The notes: generated from the sequence alone by a model not told the origin. A stretch of DNA of 33,703 nt from Hadesarchaea archaeon (GCA_030616305.1 JAUWXQ010000003.1:1-33703), one strand, 5' to 3'; positions 8,640 through 18,401 are shown, numbered from the stretch's first letter. Made by a program: numbers and translations.

Positions 8640-8995
8640 TATTCAAATACAAACAGGTCCTCGTGGTAAGGTCAGATTTAAACATGAGCCCCGGGAAGCT
8701 CGCGGTACAGGTCGCCCACGGTTCGGTGGGTTCGGCTGAGAAAGCTAGGCGCGAACACCGGGATTGGTATACGGCGTGGCTTGGCGAGGGACAGAAAAAA
8801 GTCGTGGTGAAGGTTATGGGAGAAGACGAACTGCGCAAAATTCAAGAGCAAGCGACAGAAGCCAAGTTGCCACACGAGCTGATTCAAGACGCTGGCCTGA
8901 CCGAACTTCCCGCTGGTACTTCAACCGTGCTTGCGATAGGCCCGGCCCCAAGCGAGCAGGCGGACAAGCTCACGTGCAATCTTCCTCTGTTATAG
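8636..8995 (+). CDS. pth2: Peptidyl-tRNA hydrolase Pth2
   Basis: KQVLVVRSDLNMSPGKLAVQVAHG, GQKKVVVKV, IQDAGLTELPAGT.TVLAIGP. Confidence 0.96.
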   Translation: MIFKYKQVLVVRSDLNMSPGKLAVQVAHGSVGSAEKARREHRDWYTAWLGEGQKKVVVKVMGEDELRKIQEQATEAKLPHELIQDAGLTELPAGTSTVLAIGPAPSEQADKLTCNLPLL

Positions 8996-9004
8996 GTGAG
9001 TGGG

Positions 9005-9988
9005 ATGAAGCTGAGCGACGCCGGGGAGCGCGCCTTAATAGAAATCACGCGCAGGGTGTGCAGGCGAGGTCCCAATGTCAGGATTGGTATCGGGGACGAT
9101 GCCGCTGCGATCGACATTGATGGTATGTGCTTGGTCGCGACCACGGACATGCTCGTCGCTAGGACCCACTTTCCGCCGAGCACCACGCCGAGACAGATAG
9201 GGCGCAGGGCTGTCGTGGTTAACCTGAGCGACTTGGCAGCAATGGGAGCGGAACCTCTAGGGCTAATTTTTTCGGTTGCTCTCCCGAGGAAACTCGATGT
9301 CGAATTCGTAAAACAACTTGTAAAAGGGATGGACGAGGCAGCACGCGAGTACGGCACATATGTCGTCGGTGGGGATCTGGATGAGAGCGGTGAAATCACG
9401 ATCGTGGGGGCGGCGTTCGGATTGGCCCGCAGACAGGAGCTACTGAAGCGCTCAGGCGCTAAAGACGGTGATATCGTGGCAGTGACTGGAAAGCTGGGCG
9501 CGGCTTCGGCTGGCCTCAAACTCCTGCTGGAAAAACTTCCTCTCAAGGGATATCGGGCGCTCGTCAAAGCCCAGCTCGAGCCGATCGCGCTAGTAAGGGA
9601 AGGCAGAAAGCTTGCGCGGAGCGGGGCGGTGACGGCGGCGATCGATGTGACGGATGGACTGGCGGCTAATCTCTGGCAGCTTGCGAGGGAGAGCAGAATC
9701 AAGATTATCATCGATCGGGCCAAAATCCCTGCGCATCCACTCGTCAGAAAATTTGCGATTCAGCACGGTTTCAATTTAGATGATTTCGTGCTCTTCGGGG
9801 GCGAGGATTTTGAATTGCTCTTCACTGTTAAACCGATGAGATGGGAAAAAGTTCAACTAATGCTCAAACGCATTGGCACAATGGCAACACAGATCGGGCG
9901 CGTGGCGAAAGGAAGAGGTGTTTTTGTTCAAAAGGATGGAAAAACACAAAAACTGCCTGACCGCGGCTACGAGCACTTCACCGGGTGA
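9005..9988 (+). CDS. thiL: Thiamine-monophosphate kinase
   Basis: GERALI, GIGDDAA, TTDML...THF, NLSDLAAMGAEP, VVGGD, IDVTDGL, GGEDFELLFTV, GYEHF. ATG 9005 follows GGTGA; GTG 8996 is an alternative start. Confidence 0.95.
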   Translation: MKLSDAGERALIEITRRVCRRGPNVRIGIGDDAAAIDIDGMCLVATTDMLVARTHFPPSTTPRQIGRRAVVVNLSDLAAMGAEPLGLIFSVALPRKLDVEFVKQLVKGMDEAAREYGTYVVGGDLDESGEITIVGAAFGLARRQELLKRSGAKDGDIVAVTGKLGAASAGLKLLLEKLPLKGYRALVKAQLEPIALVREGRKLARSGAVTAAIDVTDGLAANLWQLARESRIKIIIDRAKIPAHPLVRKFAIQHGFNLDDFVLFGGEDFELLFTVKPMRWEKVQLMLKRIGTMATQIGRVAKGRGVFVQKDGKTQKLPDRGYEHFTG

Positions 9989-10078
9989 ATGTCCTATTTG
10001 AGACAAAGCCCTATTTAGAACGCTAGGAGCTCAGATTCGATCTTTCCTGCAGCGGATTTTATAACTCCAATTTACCTT

Positions 10079-11632
10079 GTGTTTCTGGGATTGAAGTTGG
10101 ATCTCCGCGCAATCATCGAGGGGCTGAGCTTCCAAGAGAAGAAAGTCCTCATTACGCTCCAAGAGCTCGGGGGGGGAGCGGGAGCCACAGATCTTGCTAG
10201 ACGGATCAGCCTTAACCAATCAACAGTAATGCGAGCTGCCCTCGGCCTATCAGAACGTGGACTGGTAGAAACGCAGGAGAGAAAGTTTTCAAAAGCTATC
10301 CTTCTTCTTGAGGGCCAAGAGTATGCACGCGATAGATTGCCTGAGCGACGGATGCTCGTGACATTGGCTGGCTGCGGCTCGGAATCCATCGAGGAAATAG
10401 CCGCTCGTGCGACTCTGAATGAAGAACAAAAACGTATAGCCCTCACATGGCTCAAGCGCAGAGGCTGGGCCGAATTTCTCAAGCGGGAGGGGAAGACCTT
10501 CTTGACCTTAACAAGGAGGGGCGATGCTGCCCTATCGCGAAAGACCGCCGATGAGGTGCTGATTGAGTTGCTCGCCGTTGAAGAGCGCAACGTTGACGGG
10601 CTGTCCGTGGACACGAAAGAACCACTCCGCATTTTGGTGGGACGTGGACTGGTGAAAATCGATGAAGAAACCAGACGTGAATTGGAGCTCACCCCGCTCG
10701 GAAAGCAGGTTTTAGAACAAGAGATCGAACTCGTGGAGGAGGTAAGCGAGCTAACCCATGAGCTCCTGACGAGCGGGCGGTGGCACAAGGCCAAATTTAG
10801 ACGCTACGATGTCGTTGCCCCTGGCACGCCGATTTATCCGGGGAAGGTCCACCCGCAGCAACAGGTCATAGATGAGCTTAGGGAAATATTGCTGGAGATG
10901 GGGTTCGTTGAGATAAGGGGAAAAATCGTTGAATCCGAGTTCTGGAATTTCGACGCCCTCTTTCAAGCCCAAAACCACCCCGCCCGCGAAATTCATGACA
11001 GTCTGTCCCTCTCGAGACCGGAGCAGACAAAGTTGCCCTCAACCGCGTTGGTCAGACGAGTAGCCACGGCGCACGAACGGGGCATCCCTGGGTCAACGGG
11101 CTGGGGTTACAAGTTCAACGTTGATATAAGCCGAAGACCTGTGCTGTGCTCACAGACGACTGCAGCGACCGTCCGCTACCTGGCCTCACACCCCGAGCCG
11201 CCAGCGAAGGTCTTCTGCATAGGCCGCACTTATCGTCACGAAAAAATAGACTACAAACACCTCGCCGAGTTCTACCAGGCTGAGGGCATCGTGATGGACC
11301 CGGATCTGACGTTGCGCGACATGCTCGGGTATCTGAAACAAATTGTGATAAAACTCGGCCTCCCCAAAATAAGGTTCAGGCCTGGCTACTTCCCCTACAC
11401 AGAGCCGAGTGTTGAAGCAGACGTATACTTTCCCGAAAAGCGCGAGTGGCTGGAGGTTCTTGGAGCAGGAATGTTTAGGCCGGAACTGTTAAGGCCTCTC
11501 AATATCCACCACCCCGTGCTTGCGTGGGGAATCGGGTTCTCGCGACTAGCCATGATCAGGCTCGGGATTGATGACATCCGAGACCTCTACCGGAACGATG
11601 TAGAGTGGCTCCGTAGCAGGAGGATGGTGTAA
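10079..11632 (+). CDS. pheS: Phenylalanine-tRNA ligase alpha subunit (archaeal long form)
   Basis: GKVHP, FWNFDALFQAQNHPAREIHD, GRTYRHEKIDYKHLAEFYQAEG, FPYTEPS, LAWGIG..RLAM. The start could be TTG 10097. Confidence 0.96.
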   Translation: MFLGLKLDLRAIIEGLSFQEKKVLITLQELGGGAGATDLARRISLNQSTVMRAALGLSERGLVETQERKFSKAILLLEGQEYARDRLPERRMLVTLAGCGSESIEEIAARATLNEEQKRIALTWLKRRGWAEFLKREGKTFLTLTRRGDAALSRKTADEVLIELLAVEERNVDGLSVDTKEPLRILVGRGLVKIDEETRRELELTPLGKQVLEQEIELVEEVSELTHELLTSGRWHKAKFRRYDVVAPGTPIYPGKVHPQQQVIDELREILLEMGFVEIRGKIVESEFWNFDALFQAQNHPAREIHDSLSLSRPEQTKLPSTALVRRVATAHERGIPGSTGWGYKFNVDISRRPVLCSQTTAATVRYLASHPEPPAKVFCIGRTYRHEKIDYKHLAEFYQAEGIVMDPDLTLRDMLGYLKQIVIKLGLPKIRFRPGYFPYTEPSVEADVYFPEKREWLEVLGAGMFRPELLRPLNIHHPVLAWGIGFSRLAMIRLGIDDIRDLYRNDVEWLRSRRMV

Positions 11633-11633
11633 C

Positions 11634-13271
11634 ATGCCATCAATCACCGTCAGCTACCACGATCTCTGTAGGCTACTCGGCAAGCGAGTAGAGCAGAAGA
11701 AATTGTGCAACCACTTGTCGATGATGGGAATCGAGGCCGAGGCGGCAGGCGACGAAATCAAGTTGGAGGTCTCACATAACCGCCCGGATTTGCTAAGCCC
11801 AGAGGGAGTCGCTCGCGCGTTGAGGGGTTTCTTAGGGATAGAGGTGGGGTTGCCTAGTTATGGACTTCGTGCATCTGGTGTCACGGTTGAGGCCGATCGT
11901 AGCGTCAAGTCCATCCGCCCCTACATTGCCGCGGGCGTGGTTACCGGTGTCAGGTTAACCAACGATGTGGTCACTGCGCTCATGCAGGTCCAAGAGAAGC
12001 TGCACGCGTCTCTCTGCAGAAACCGCCAGAGGGGATCGATAGGAGTCTACGACCTCGACACCATCACGCCACCCATCCGCTACACCACCACCTTGCCTGA
12101 TGGTATTCGCTTCGTCCCCCTAGATTTCGGTCGTGAGCTGACCTCCGCCCAGATCCTCCACGAGCACCCGAAGGGAATTGAGTACGGTGCGATAATACAA
12201 AATTTACCTCGATATCCTCTGCTCATCGATTCGCGTGGTGTCGTGCTTTCGATGCCGCCGATCGTCAACAGCGAAGATACGCGTGTCACAGAGAACACGA
12301 AGGAATTTTTCATCGACGTCACAGGTCAAGAAGAGCGCGTAGTCAATCAAGTATTAACGATTTTGATGACTGGACTTGCCGAGCGTGGATTCAAACTCAA
12401 GTCGGTCGTGGTTAAATACCCAAGCAAGCGAATTCGTGCACCTGATCTTACCCCTCAGAAATGGCGCTTGAGCGCACACAACGCGAACAAAACTATAGGA
12501 CTCAAACTGATGCCTGGGGAGATCGCCAAAATCGCCAAGAAGATGCGTTACGGGGTGGCCAAAACAAGGGGCGATGTTCTGACGTTGCTTGCCCCGCCGT
12601 ACCGAACCGACATCATGCATGAGGTAGATTTGATTGAGGATATAGCGATAGGCTACGGTTACGACCGCTTGGAGCCCACGCTGCCGAAGGTCTTGACGAC
12701 TGGGAAGCGGGCCCCTATTGAGAAGATTAGCGACAAGACCAGACGGGTTCTGACGGGACTGGGATTCATGGAGGCGATGACTTATACCCTCACGAACCCA
12801 CGCGTGAGCTTCGAGCTAATGCGGAAGAAAGGTGAGGCAGCAGAGATCGCGAATCCTGTGTCGGAGGAGTACACAATAATCAGAAACTCGCTGCTTCCAT
12901 CACTCCTCTCAGCCCTGCGGGAGAACCGACGCAACCCGTTGCCCCACCGGATTTTTGAAGTCGGAGATGTCGTGGTGTTAGACGAAAAGGCGGAGACCGG
13001 GACGAGGAACGTGCGTCGTGCAGCGGCGGCGGTGATAGGTGATAACCTCGGATTTACCTATATCAAGGCCGCAGCGGAAGCCCTGCTACGGGAACTCGGC
13101 GTCGCTTGGGAAGTTCACACGGCACGGCACCCGAGCTTCTTAGATGGCCGTGCCGCCGAGCTGACGGCAGGGGACAAGCGCTTAGGGGTAGTGGGGGAGA
13201 TCCACCCAGAAGTCATCCTCGGGTTTGAACTTGAGCATCCAGTAGCAGTGTTCGAGATTGACTTAGAGTAA
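11634..13271 (+). CDS. pheT: Phenylalanine-tRNA ligase beta subunit
   Basis: NRPDLLSPEGVARAL, QEKLH, LSMPPIVNS, PPYRTDIMHEVDLIEDIAIGYGY, FLDGR. Lies directly after pheS. Confidence 0.96.
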   Translation: MPSITVSYHDLCRLLGKRVEQKKLCNHLSMMGIEAEAAGDEIKLEVSHNRPDLLSPEGVARALRGFLGIEVGLPSYGLRASGVTVEADRSVKSIRPYIAAGVVTGVRLTNDVVTALMQVQEKLHASLCRNRQRGSIGVYDLDTITPPIRYTTTLPDGIRFVPLDFGRELTSAQILHEHPKGIEYGAIIQNLPRYPLLIDSRGVVLSMPPIVNSEDTRVTENTKEFFIDVTGQEERVVNQVLTILMTGLAERGFKLKSVVVKYPSKRIRAPDLTPQKWRLSAHNANKTIGLKLMPGEIAKIAKKMRYGVAKTRGDVLTLLAPPYRTDIMHEVDLIEDIAIGYGYDRLEPTLPKVLTTGKRAPIEKISDKTRRVLTGLGFMEAMTYTLTNPRVSFELMRKKGEAAEIANPVSEEYTIIRNSLLPSLLSALRENRRNPLPHRIFEVGDVVVLDEKAETGTRNVRRAAAAVIGDNLGFTYIKAAAEALLRELGVAWEVHTARHPSFLDGRAAELTAGDKRLGVVGEIHPEVILGFELEHPVAVFEIDLE

Positions 13272-13295
13272 TGCCACAACACAAAATTTTACACG

Positions 13296-13481
13296 TTACC
13301 TAACTTTCAGCGCATATTTTCCAGGCTTGGTGATATTGAGACGCTTCGCGATTTCGGAGTTATCGGGTTCAAGCACCACAACGTAACCGGTCCAATCATT
13401 TGAGAGGGATGCCCCACCACAGTTCGGGCAAGTGTTTGCTTCGGTGAGGAGGTTACAATTGCGGCATGCTTTTTCCTTCAA
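13296..13481 (-). CDS. spt4: Transcription elongation factor Spt4 (RpoE'')
   Basis: KACRNC...CPNCG...WTGYVVVLEP..SEIAKRLNI.KPGKYALKVR. TTG start at 13481 overlaps the rpoE1 stop. Confidence 0.95.
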   Translation of the reverse strand: MKEKACRNCNLLTEANTCPNCGGASLSNDWTGYVVVLEPDNSEIAKRLNITKPGKYALKVR

Positions 13482-14032
13482 GCCTTCGCCCCCTTGCGGG
13501 CCTCCTCGATCCACTCCAGTTTACCAAGCCCTGGCTGTCGCATGGTCAAGCCTATCTTCCCGCCTTTCGTGCCGCGCTTCAGGCTCACGCTCACTATGCG
13601 GGCCCTAACCTTGTCTCCCTCCTTGAGCAAGCGCTTTGACTCCTTTCCGTAAAGGGCACCTTTTTTCTTGTCATAACCAACGAAATCGTCCATCACCTGA
13701 GAAACATGCGCGAGCCCGTCGATTGGCCCCAGACGAACGAACCCTCCAAACTCCACAATCTCAACAACTTCGCCAAGCACGACCTCATTGACCTCGGGCT
13801 TGTAGATGAGCGCCTCGAAAGTTACGTCGTGGTAGCTGGCGCCATCACCCATTATCACCCTGCCGACCCCGACCTCTTTGAGCTCAGTAATCGCTAAGAT
13901 TGTCCCAACATCTTTGTCTGTCAACCCCTGGTAATCCTTGCGGATGACGTCGATAATGACCTCGTTTGTTGGTTCGGAAAACCTATTAGGGGGCACGCGG
14001 ACTGTGTCCTCCACGGTCACTATCTTGTACAT
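13478..14032 (-). CDS. rpoE1: DNA-directed RNA polymerase subunit Rpo7 (E')
   Basis: EDTVRVPP, GDGASYH, S1 domain FGGFVRLGPIDGLAHVSQ, KIGLTMRQPGLGKLEWI. GAGGTG precedes ATG 14032. Confidence 0.97.
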   Translation of the reverse strand: MYKIVTVEDTVRVPPNRFSEPTNEVIIDVIRKDYQGLTDKDVGTILAITELKEVGVGRVIMGDGASYHDVTFEALIYKPEVNEVVLGEVVEIVEFGGFVRLGPIDGLAHVSQVMDDFVGYDKKKGALYGKESKRLLKEGDKVRARIVSVSLKRGTKGGKIGLTMRQPGLGKLEWIEEARKGAKA

Positions 14033-14251
14033 CACTTCACCTCAATTTTTGTAATTTTCATCATGCGGGCTATCATCTTATGTGTAACCTCCTCGCACGG
14101 CATTGGAATACCTTTCTCCTTTCCCTTCAACTCCTTATAAACACAGAAGAAACGTGCGACTCTTTTACCAGACGGACTACCTCCAAGCCCTTTACCCGGT
14201 AAAATGAGGCGGCCTTTTATCTAGCTTTATGTCTTTCTTAATATCTATCAT
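14032..14251 (-). pseudogene. ppa: Decayed remnant of soluble family I inorganic pyrophosphatase
   Basis: Three consecutive frames give MIDIKKDIKLDKRPPHF / (Y)RVKGLEVVRLVKE / xARFFCVYKELKGKE...EEVTHKMIARMMK. These resemble the N-terminus and the C-terminal VKDL.DV...LKEIAHFF..YKELEGK motif of family I PPases. The catalytic core (DxDxxD) is missing and there are two frameshifts. Confidence 0.72.
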
Positions 14252-14252
14252 T

Positions 14253-16265
14253 TCATCCGCCCCAGACTTTTAACAGGAGTGGGACGAACAACAGGGCAGC
14301 CATTGACATCAGCTTGATCAAGATGTTGAGAGACGGACCTGAGGTGTCCTTAAACGGATCCCCTACGGTGTCCCCTATCACGGATGCCGCGTGCGTCTCG
14401 CTTCCCTTTCCACCCAAGTGTCCTTCCTCGATGTATTTCTTTGCGTTGTCCCATGCCCCCCCGGCGTTCGCAAGGGTTATCGCTAACAAGAGCCCTGTGA
14501 CTATCGAGCCCACCAGCAGGCCACCCAGAGCCTCCACACCAAGGATGAGACCAACTACAATCGGGCTGAGGATAGCCAACGCGGCCGGGAGAGCCATGTT
14601 TTTAAGGGCAGCGGAGGTGCTGATCCCTATACACCTGTTGTAATCCGGCTTCGCTTTTCCCTTCATCAACCCGGGGATAGTCCGGAACTGCCGTCGTACC
14701 TCTCCCACAATCAGGGACGCTCCCTTGCCCACCGCACGCATGGTGAGCGCGCAGAACAAGAATGGCAACATCCCCCCTATGAATATCCCAACGATAACCT
14801 TTGGGTCCATGATGTTGAGTGTTTGGATATTCACCGCTTGAGTATATGCGAAAAACAACGCTAGCGCAGTAAGGGCAGCTGAACCGATCGCGAACCCTTT
14901 ACCTATCGCAGCGGTGGTGTTCCCGACTGCATCGAGCCGTTCCGCGCGAACCCTCGTGGTCTTTCCCATCTTGGCCATTTCGGCTATCCCTGCCGCATTG
15001 TCGGCCACGGGACCGTATGTGTCTGTGGCAAGCGTTATCCCAAGCGTGCTCAACATGCCGACCGCTGCAATCGCTATTCCGTAAAGCGCTGCGAAGTAAT
15101 ATGCCACAAGGATCGCCACGGATAGCGCTATGATTGGAACCACCGTGCTCAGCATCCCTACAGAAAAACCGCTGATGATATTGGTCGCAGGGCCCGTCTG
15201 CGAGGACACGGCAATAGATTTCACAGGAGAAAATCTGTTTTCAGTGTAATACTCCGCTGAGATACCAATCAAAATCCCAGCGATAAGCCCGGCCAGCAAC
15301 GCGTAAAATATCTCAATTGCGCCAACGAAAAACCAGATAAGGAAAAACGACGCTGCCGCCATCAAGAAAGCGCTCCCGAATACCCCCTTGTTGAGGGCCA
15401 TGTGAAGGACCTTTATTCCTGCACCCTTCCCTGTCCGCACGAAAAATGTTGCCACGATCGAACAAAATATCCCGACCGCAGCAAGTAACATGGGAAGCAC
15501 CACGGCATCTGTCTGGCCCAGCGCGACGCCTCCTACGGTGACCCCCATGAAACCGATTACCATCGCAGCGATAATCGACCCCACGTACGACTCGAAAAGG
15601 TCTGCCCCCATCCCGGCGACATCCCCGACGTTGTCGCCCACGTTGTCTGCGATCACAGCTGGATTTCGCGGGTCATCCTCCGGGATTTTAGCTTCGACCT
15701 TTCCAACCAAGTCTGCACCCATGTCCGCCGATTTTGTGTAGATGCCGCCGCCTACCCGCGCGAAAATAGCTATCGAACTTGCCCCAAAGCCAAAGCCAAC
15801 GATTATCTCAGGGTTCCCAAACAGAAAATAGAAGATGCTCACGCCAAGAAGTCCAAGCCCGACAACGCACATCCCCATCACCGCACCGCTTGAAAAACCA
15901 ACCTTTAACCCCTTCCCGATGCTTTTCCTAGCGGCTTCTGCTGTTCGGGCGTTTGATTTAGTAGCTACCCTCATTCCAACGTTGCCAGCCAGCGCCGAGA
16001 AAAATGCCCCTACCACGAAAGCTATGGCGGTGGGATAGTTCACAACCAGTGCCAAAATCAATGCCACGATGACTGCGTAGACTACCATCACGCGATATTC
16101 TTTGTTGAGAAAAGTCATGGCCCCGCGGTAGATGATGTCCGAAAGTTCCCGCATCCGCGCTGTCCCGGCGGGCTGTCGTAAAATCCTGAAAGCGAGGTAC
16201 CCTGCGAACACGAGGGCTATCGCACCAGCTATCGGAGCTAGCATCGCGGGCTCGAATTCAAACAT
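14253..16265 (-). CDS. hppA: Membrane-integral ion-pumping pyrophosphatase, K+-dependent type, probably Na+-translocating
   Basis: GGGIYTKSADMGADLVGKVE, IPEDDPRNPAVIADNVGDNVGD, DTYGPVADNAAGIAEM, GNTTAA (Ala marks K+ dependence), GGAWDNAKK, GDTVGDPFKDTSGP, many TM helices. Confidence 0.96.
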   Translation of the reverse strand: MFEFEPAMLAPIAGAIALVFAGYLAFRILRQPAGTARMRELSDIIYRGAMTFLNKEYRVMVVYAVIVALILALVVNYPTAIAFVVGAFFSALAGNVGMRVATKSNARTAEAARKSIGKGLKVGFSSGAVMGMCVVGLGLLGVSIFYFLFGNPEIIVGFGFGASSIAIFARVGGGIYTKSADMGADLVGKVEAKIPEDDPRNPAVIADNVGDNVGDVAGMGADLFESYVGSIIAAMVIGFMGVTVGGVALGQTDAVVLPMLLAAVGIFCSIVATFFVRTGKGAGIKVLHMALNKGVFGSAFLMAAASFFLIWFFVGAIEIFYALLAGLIAGILIGISAEYYTENRFSPVKSIAVSSQTGPATNIISGFSVGMLSTVVPIIALSVAILVAYYFAALYGIAIAAVGMLSTLGITLATDTYGPVADNAAGIAEMAKMGKTTRVRAERLDAVGNTTAAIGKGFAIGSAALTALALFFAYTQAVNIQTLNIMDPKVIVGIFIGGMLPFLFCALTMRAVGKGASLIVGEVRRQFRTIPGLMKGKAKPDYNRCIGISTSAALKNMALPAALAILSPIVVGLILGVEALGGLLVGSIVTGLLLAITLANAGGAWDNAKKYIEEGHLGGKGSETHAASVIGDTVGDPFKDTSGPSLNILIKLMSMAALLFVPLLLKVWGG

Positions 16266-16290
16266 CACATTACCTCAGAAATTTCAACCT

Positions 16291-16671
16291 CTAAATCCAC
16301 CCGTCTATTGCAAGATGAGACTTTTGCCGTAAATAAATTACTGGGACGCCCTGGCGCCGTAGCTCCTTTCTCAGGAGCGCATCAGTAGTCCCAACCACGC
16401 ATTGCTTATGGGTGGCGAGTTTTAGGATCACCTCATCGGCCCCGCCTTTTGCTTTGATGACCGACCCTCGTTTGATTAATAGCAGGCCAACCCTTGCCGC
16501 TGCCCTCTCCTTTGGTTTGCCATGCTCCGAGATACGCTTGAGCTCCTGCACAACAGGGTTTGGAATCGCTAATTTGTAGGGGCGTTCAAGCAACCTTTCG
16601 AGTTCGCTCAAGATGTCAACACCGAACATACCTGGTATCATTAGAAAGCTAGTGTCCGCGATAACCTGCAA
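16291..16671 (-). CDS. PIN-domain protein (Fcf1/Utp24-like rRNA-processing nuclease)
   Basis: VIADTSFLM, V.QEL, ADEVI, TTDALLRK.LR..GVPVIYLRQK. Occupies the usual position after aIF2-gamma. Confidence 0.88.
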   Translation of the reverse strand: MQVIADTSFLMIPGMFGVDILSELERLLERPYKLAIPNPVVQELKRISEHGKPKERAAARVGLLLIKRGSVIKAKGGADEVILKLATHKQCVVGTTDALLRKELRRQGVPVIYLRQKSHLAIDGWI

Positions 16672-16684
16672 CCAAATTCACCAT

Positions 16685-17899
16685 TCAGCCGATAATACCG
16701 TGTCCGATCAAGCGCCACCTGCCAGCAATGCGGCGACTCAGCGCTGCTCGAGTACCACGTTCGGCGCATACCGGGAGCTTCAGCCTCACGGTGACCTTGC
16801 TCCCCCGGGCGCTCGTGATGGTCCCAACCGTCATAGCTGTTCCCACGTTCAGCATGAGGGGCTCCCCCGTCACAAGAGGCTTCACCTCTAACTCTTCCTG
16901 GAGCCCAACTACCCGCCTCATCAGATGGATCTCCAATTCCAGCGTGTCAAGTACCTCCGGAATGCTTCCTGGAGTTCCTAGGACGGAGCCCACGAGAGAG
17001 TCCCCCTTAGTCATGGACGGATCAAGTAAGGTACCCACGCCAATCAAGCCACCCGGTACTGCTTCCTCCAACGAGCTGTCCATCGCGTGCAGGCTGACTG
17101 CCTTTGAGTTCAAGTGCTGCCATGTCGTTTTACCCTCCCGGCTCACCCTTATTCCCGGGCGAAGCTCTATGTCATCACCCACACTTAGCTTACCTTGAAG
17201 TAGCGAGCCCCCCAAGACTCCTCCCACAAGTTTTTCCGGCCTTGCCCCTGGGCGGTTGACATCGAACGAACGAGCGACGTACATGCGCAGAGGTTTTGTG
17301 AGGTTCCGCTTGGGTGTTGGGATGTGCTCTTCGATCGTCTGAATCAACTTGTCTATATTTGCCCGATGGATGGCCGAGACAGGGATTATCGGGACATCTT
17401 CGGCGAAGGTGCCCGCGAGGAACTCCTTTATCTGGTTATAGTTCTCGAGAGCCTTTTCGCGCGGGACCAGCTCAATCTTGTTCTGTGCCACAACTAGATT
17501 CCGCGTCCCGATTATCTCTAGGGCCATGAGGTGCTCCTTTGTCTGGGGCTGGGGACAGGACTCATTCGCGGCAATCACAAGCATAGCGCCATCCATAATC
17601 GCGGCCCCAGAAATCATCGTGGCCATTAGCATCTCGTGTCCTGGAGCATCGACGAAGGAAACGCGGCGCAGAAACTTGGTGTTCGCCCCACAGTAAGGAC
17701 ATTTCTCCTCCGTGCTGTGACGGCCGCACTCCGAGCAGCGCATGAAAGACGTGTCAGCGTAGCCAAGGCGGATGGTGATGCCGCGGCGTATTTCTTCGCT
17801 ATGTACATCGGTCCAGACGCCAGATAGTGCCTCTGTGAGCGTCGTTTTACCGTGATCTATGTGACCTACAAGGCCTATGTTGACGACAGACTGGGGCAT
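16685..17899 (-). CDS. eif2g: Translation initiation factor aIF2 gamma subunit
   Basis: [25 protein letters not shown], Zn knuckle [49 protein letters not shown] 17899 follows GAGGTG. Confidence 0.97.
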   Translation of the reverse strand: MPQSVVNIGLVGHIDHGKTTLTEALSGVWTDVHSEEIRRGITIRLGYADTSFMRCSECGRHSTEEKCPYCGANTKFLRRVSFVDAPGHEMLMATMISGAAIMDGAMLVIAANESCPQPQTKEHLMALEIIGTRNLVVAQNKIELVPREKALENYNQIKEFLAGTFAEDVPIIPVSAIHRANIDKLIQTIEEHIPTPKRNLTKPLRMYVARSFDVNRPGARPEKLVGGVLGGSLLQGKLSVGDDIELRPGIRVSREGKTTWQHLNSKAVSLHAMDSSLEEAVPGGLIGVGTLLDPSMTKGDSLVGSVLGTPGSIPEVLDTLELEIHLMRRVVGLQEELEVKPLVTGEPLMLNVGTAMTVGTITSARGSKVTVRLKLPVCAERGTRAALSRRIAGRWRLIGHGIIG

Positions 17900-17999
17900 C
17901 CTAAGCACCTCGTTCAAGTTTTCGGCTCAAATGATATAAAACGCGCAGGCTTTCCACAGATACAAATCAAGAAACAAATGTTGGTTTCCGTCATGGTAA

Positions 18000-18401
18000 C
18001 TAGGCCGCTTTTTCCACAGCTTCCTTCGGCGCCAAGATCTCCTCAATAGGTTTCTCCCCGCGCTTCACGATCTTCGCATTCACCTGCACGATCGCCTCGG
18101 AGATCCTAGACCCGCGCACCCGCTTCCGGCGGCGCTCTCCCCGCTTCCGCGGCGAAAAGCCTGATCCACCCGCCAGCAGGACTCTTGTTCGCCCGGTGCC
18201 TGTTATATCTGCACGCATGGGAAAGCCGTCTCGGTCAGTTCCTCCCGTCAACTGGATCTCGTAGCCAGGGAGCCCGACCACCTCTCCACCGAGCTTGTCC
18301 CCTATGCGTAGCCCAACCAACCTGCGGGCTTCCGGGTCGCGCGCCTCGAGCTTGTAGCTCTTGCCCGTCTCCGGATCTGCTACCACCACTTTGAACGGCA
18401 T
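18000..18401 (-). CDS. rps6e: 30S ribosomal protein S6e
   Basis: FKVVVADP.TGKS, LTGGTDRDGFPMR.DI.G, GERRRKRVRG, QVNAKIV. Confidence 0.96.
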   Translation of the reverse strand: MPFKVVVADPETGKSYKLEARDPEARRLVGLRIGDKLGGEVVGLPGYEIQLTGGTDRDGFPMRADITGTGRTRVLLAGGSGFSPRKRGERRRKRVRGSRISEAIVQVNAKIVKRGEKPIEEILAPKEAVEKAA

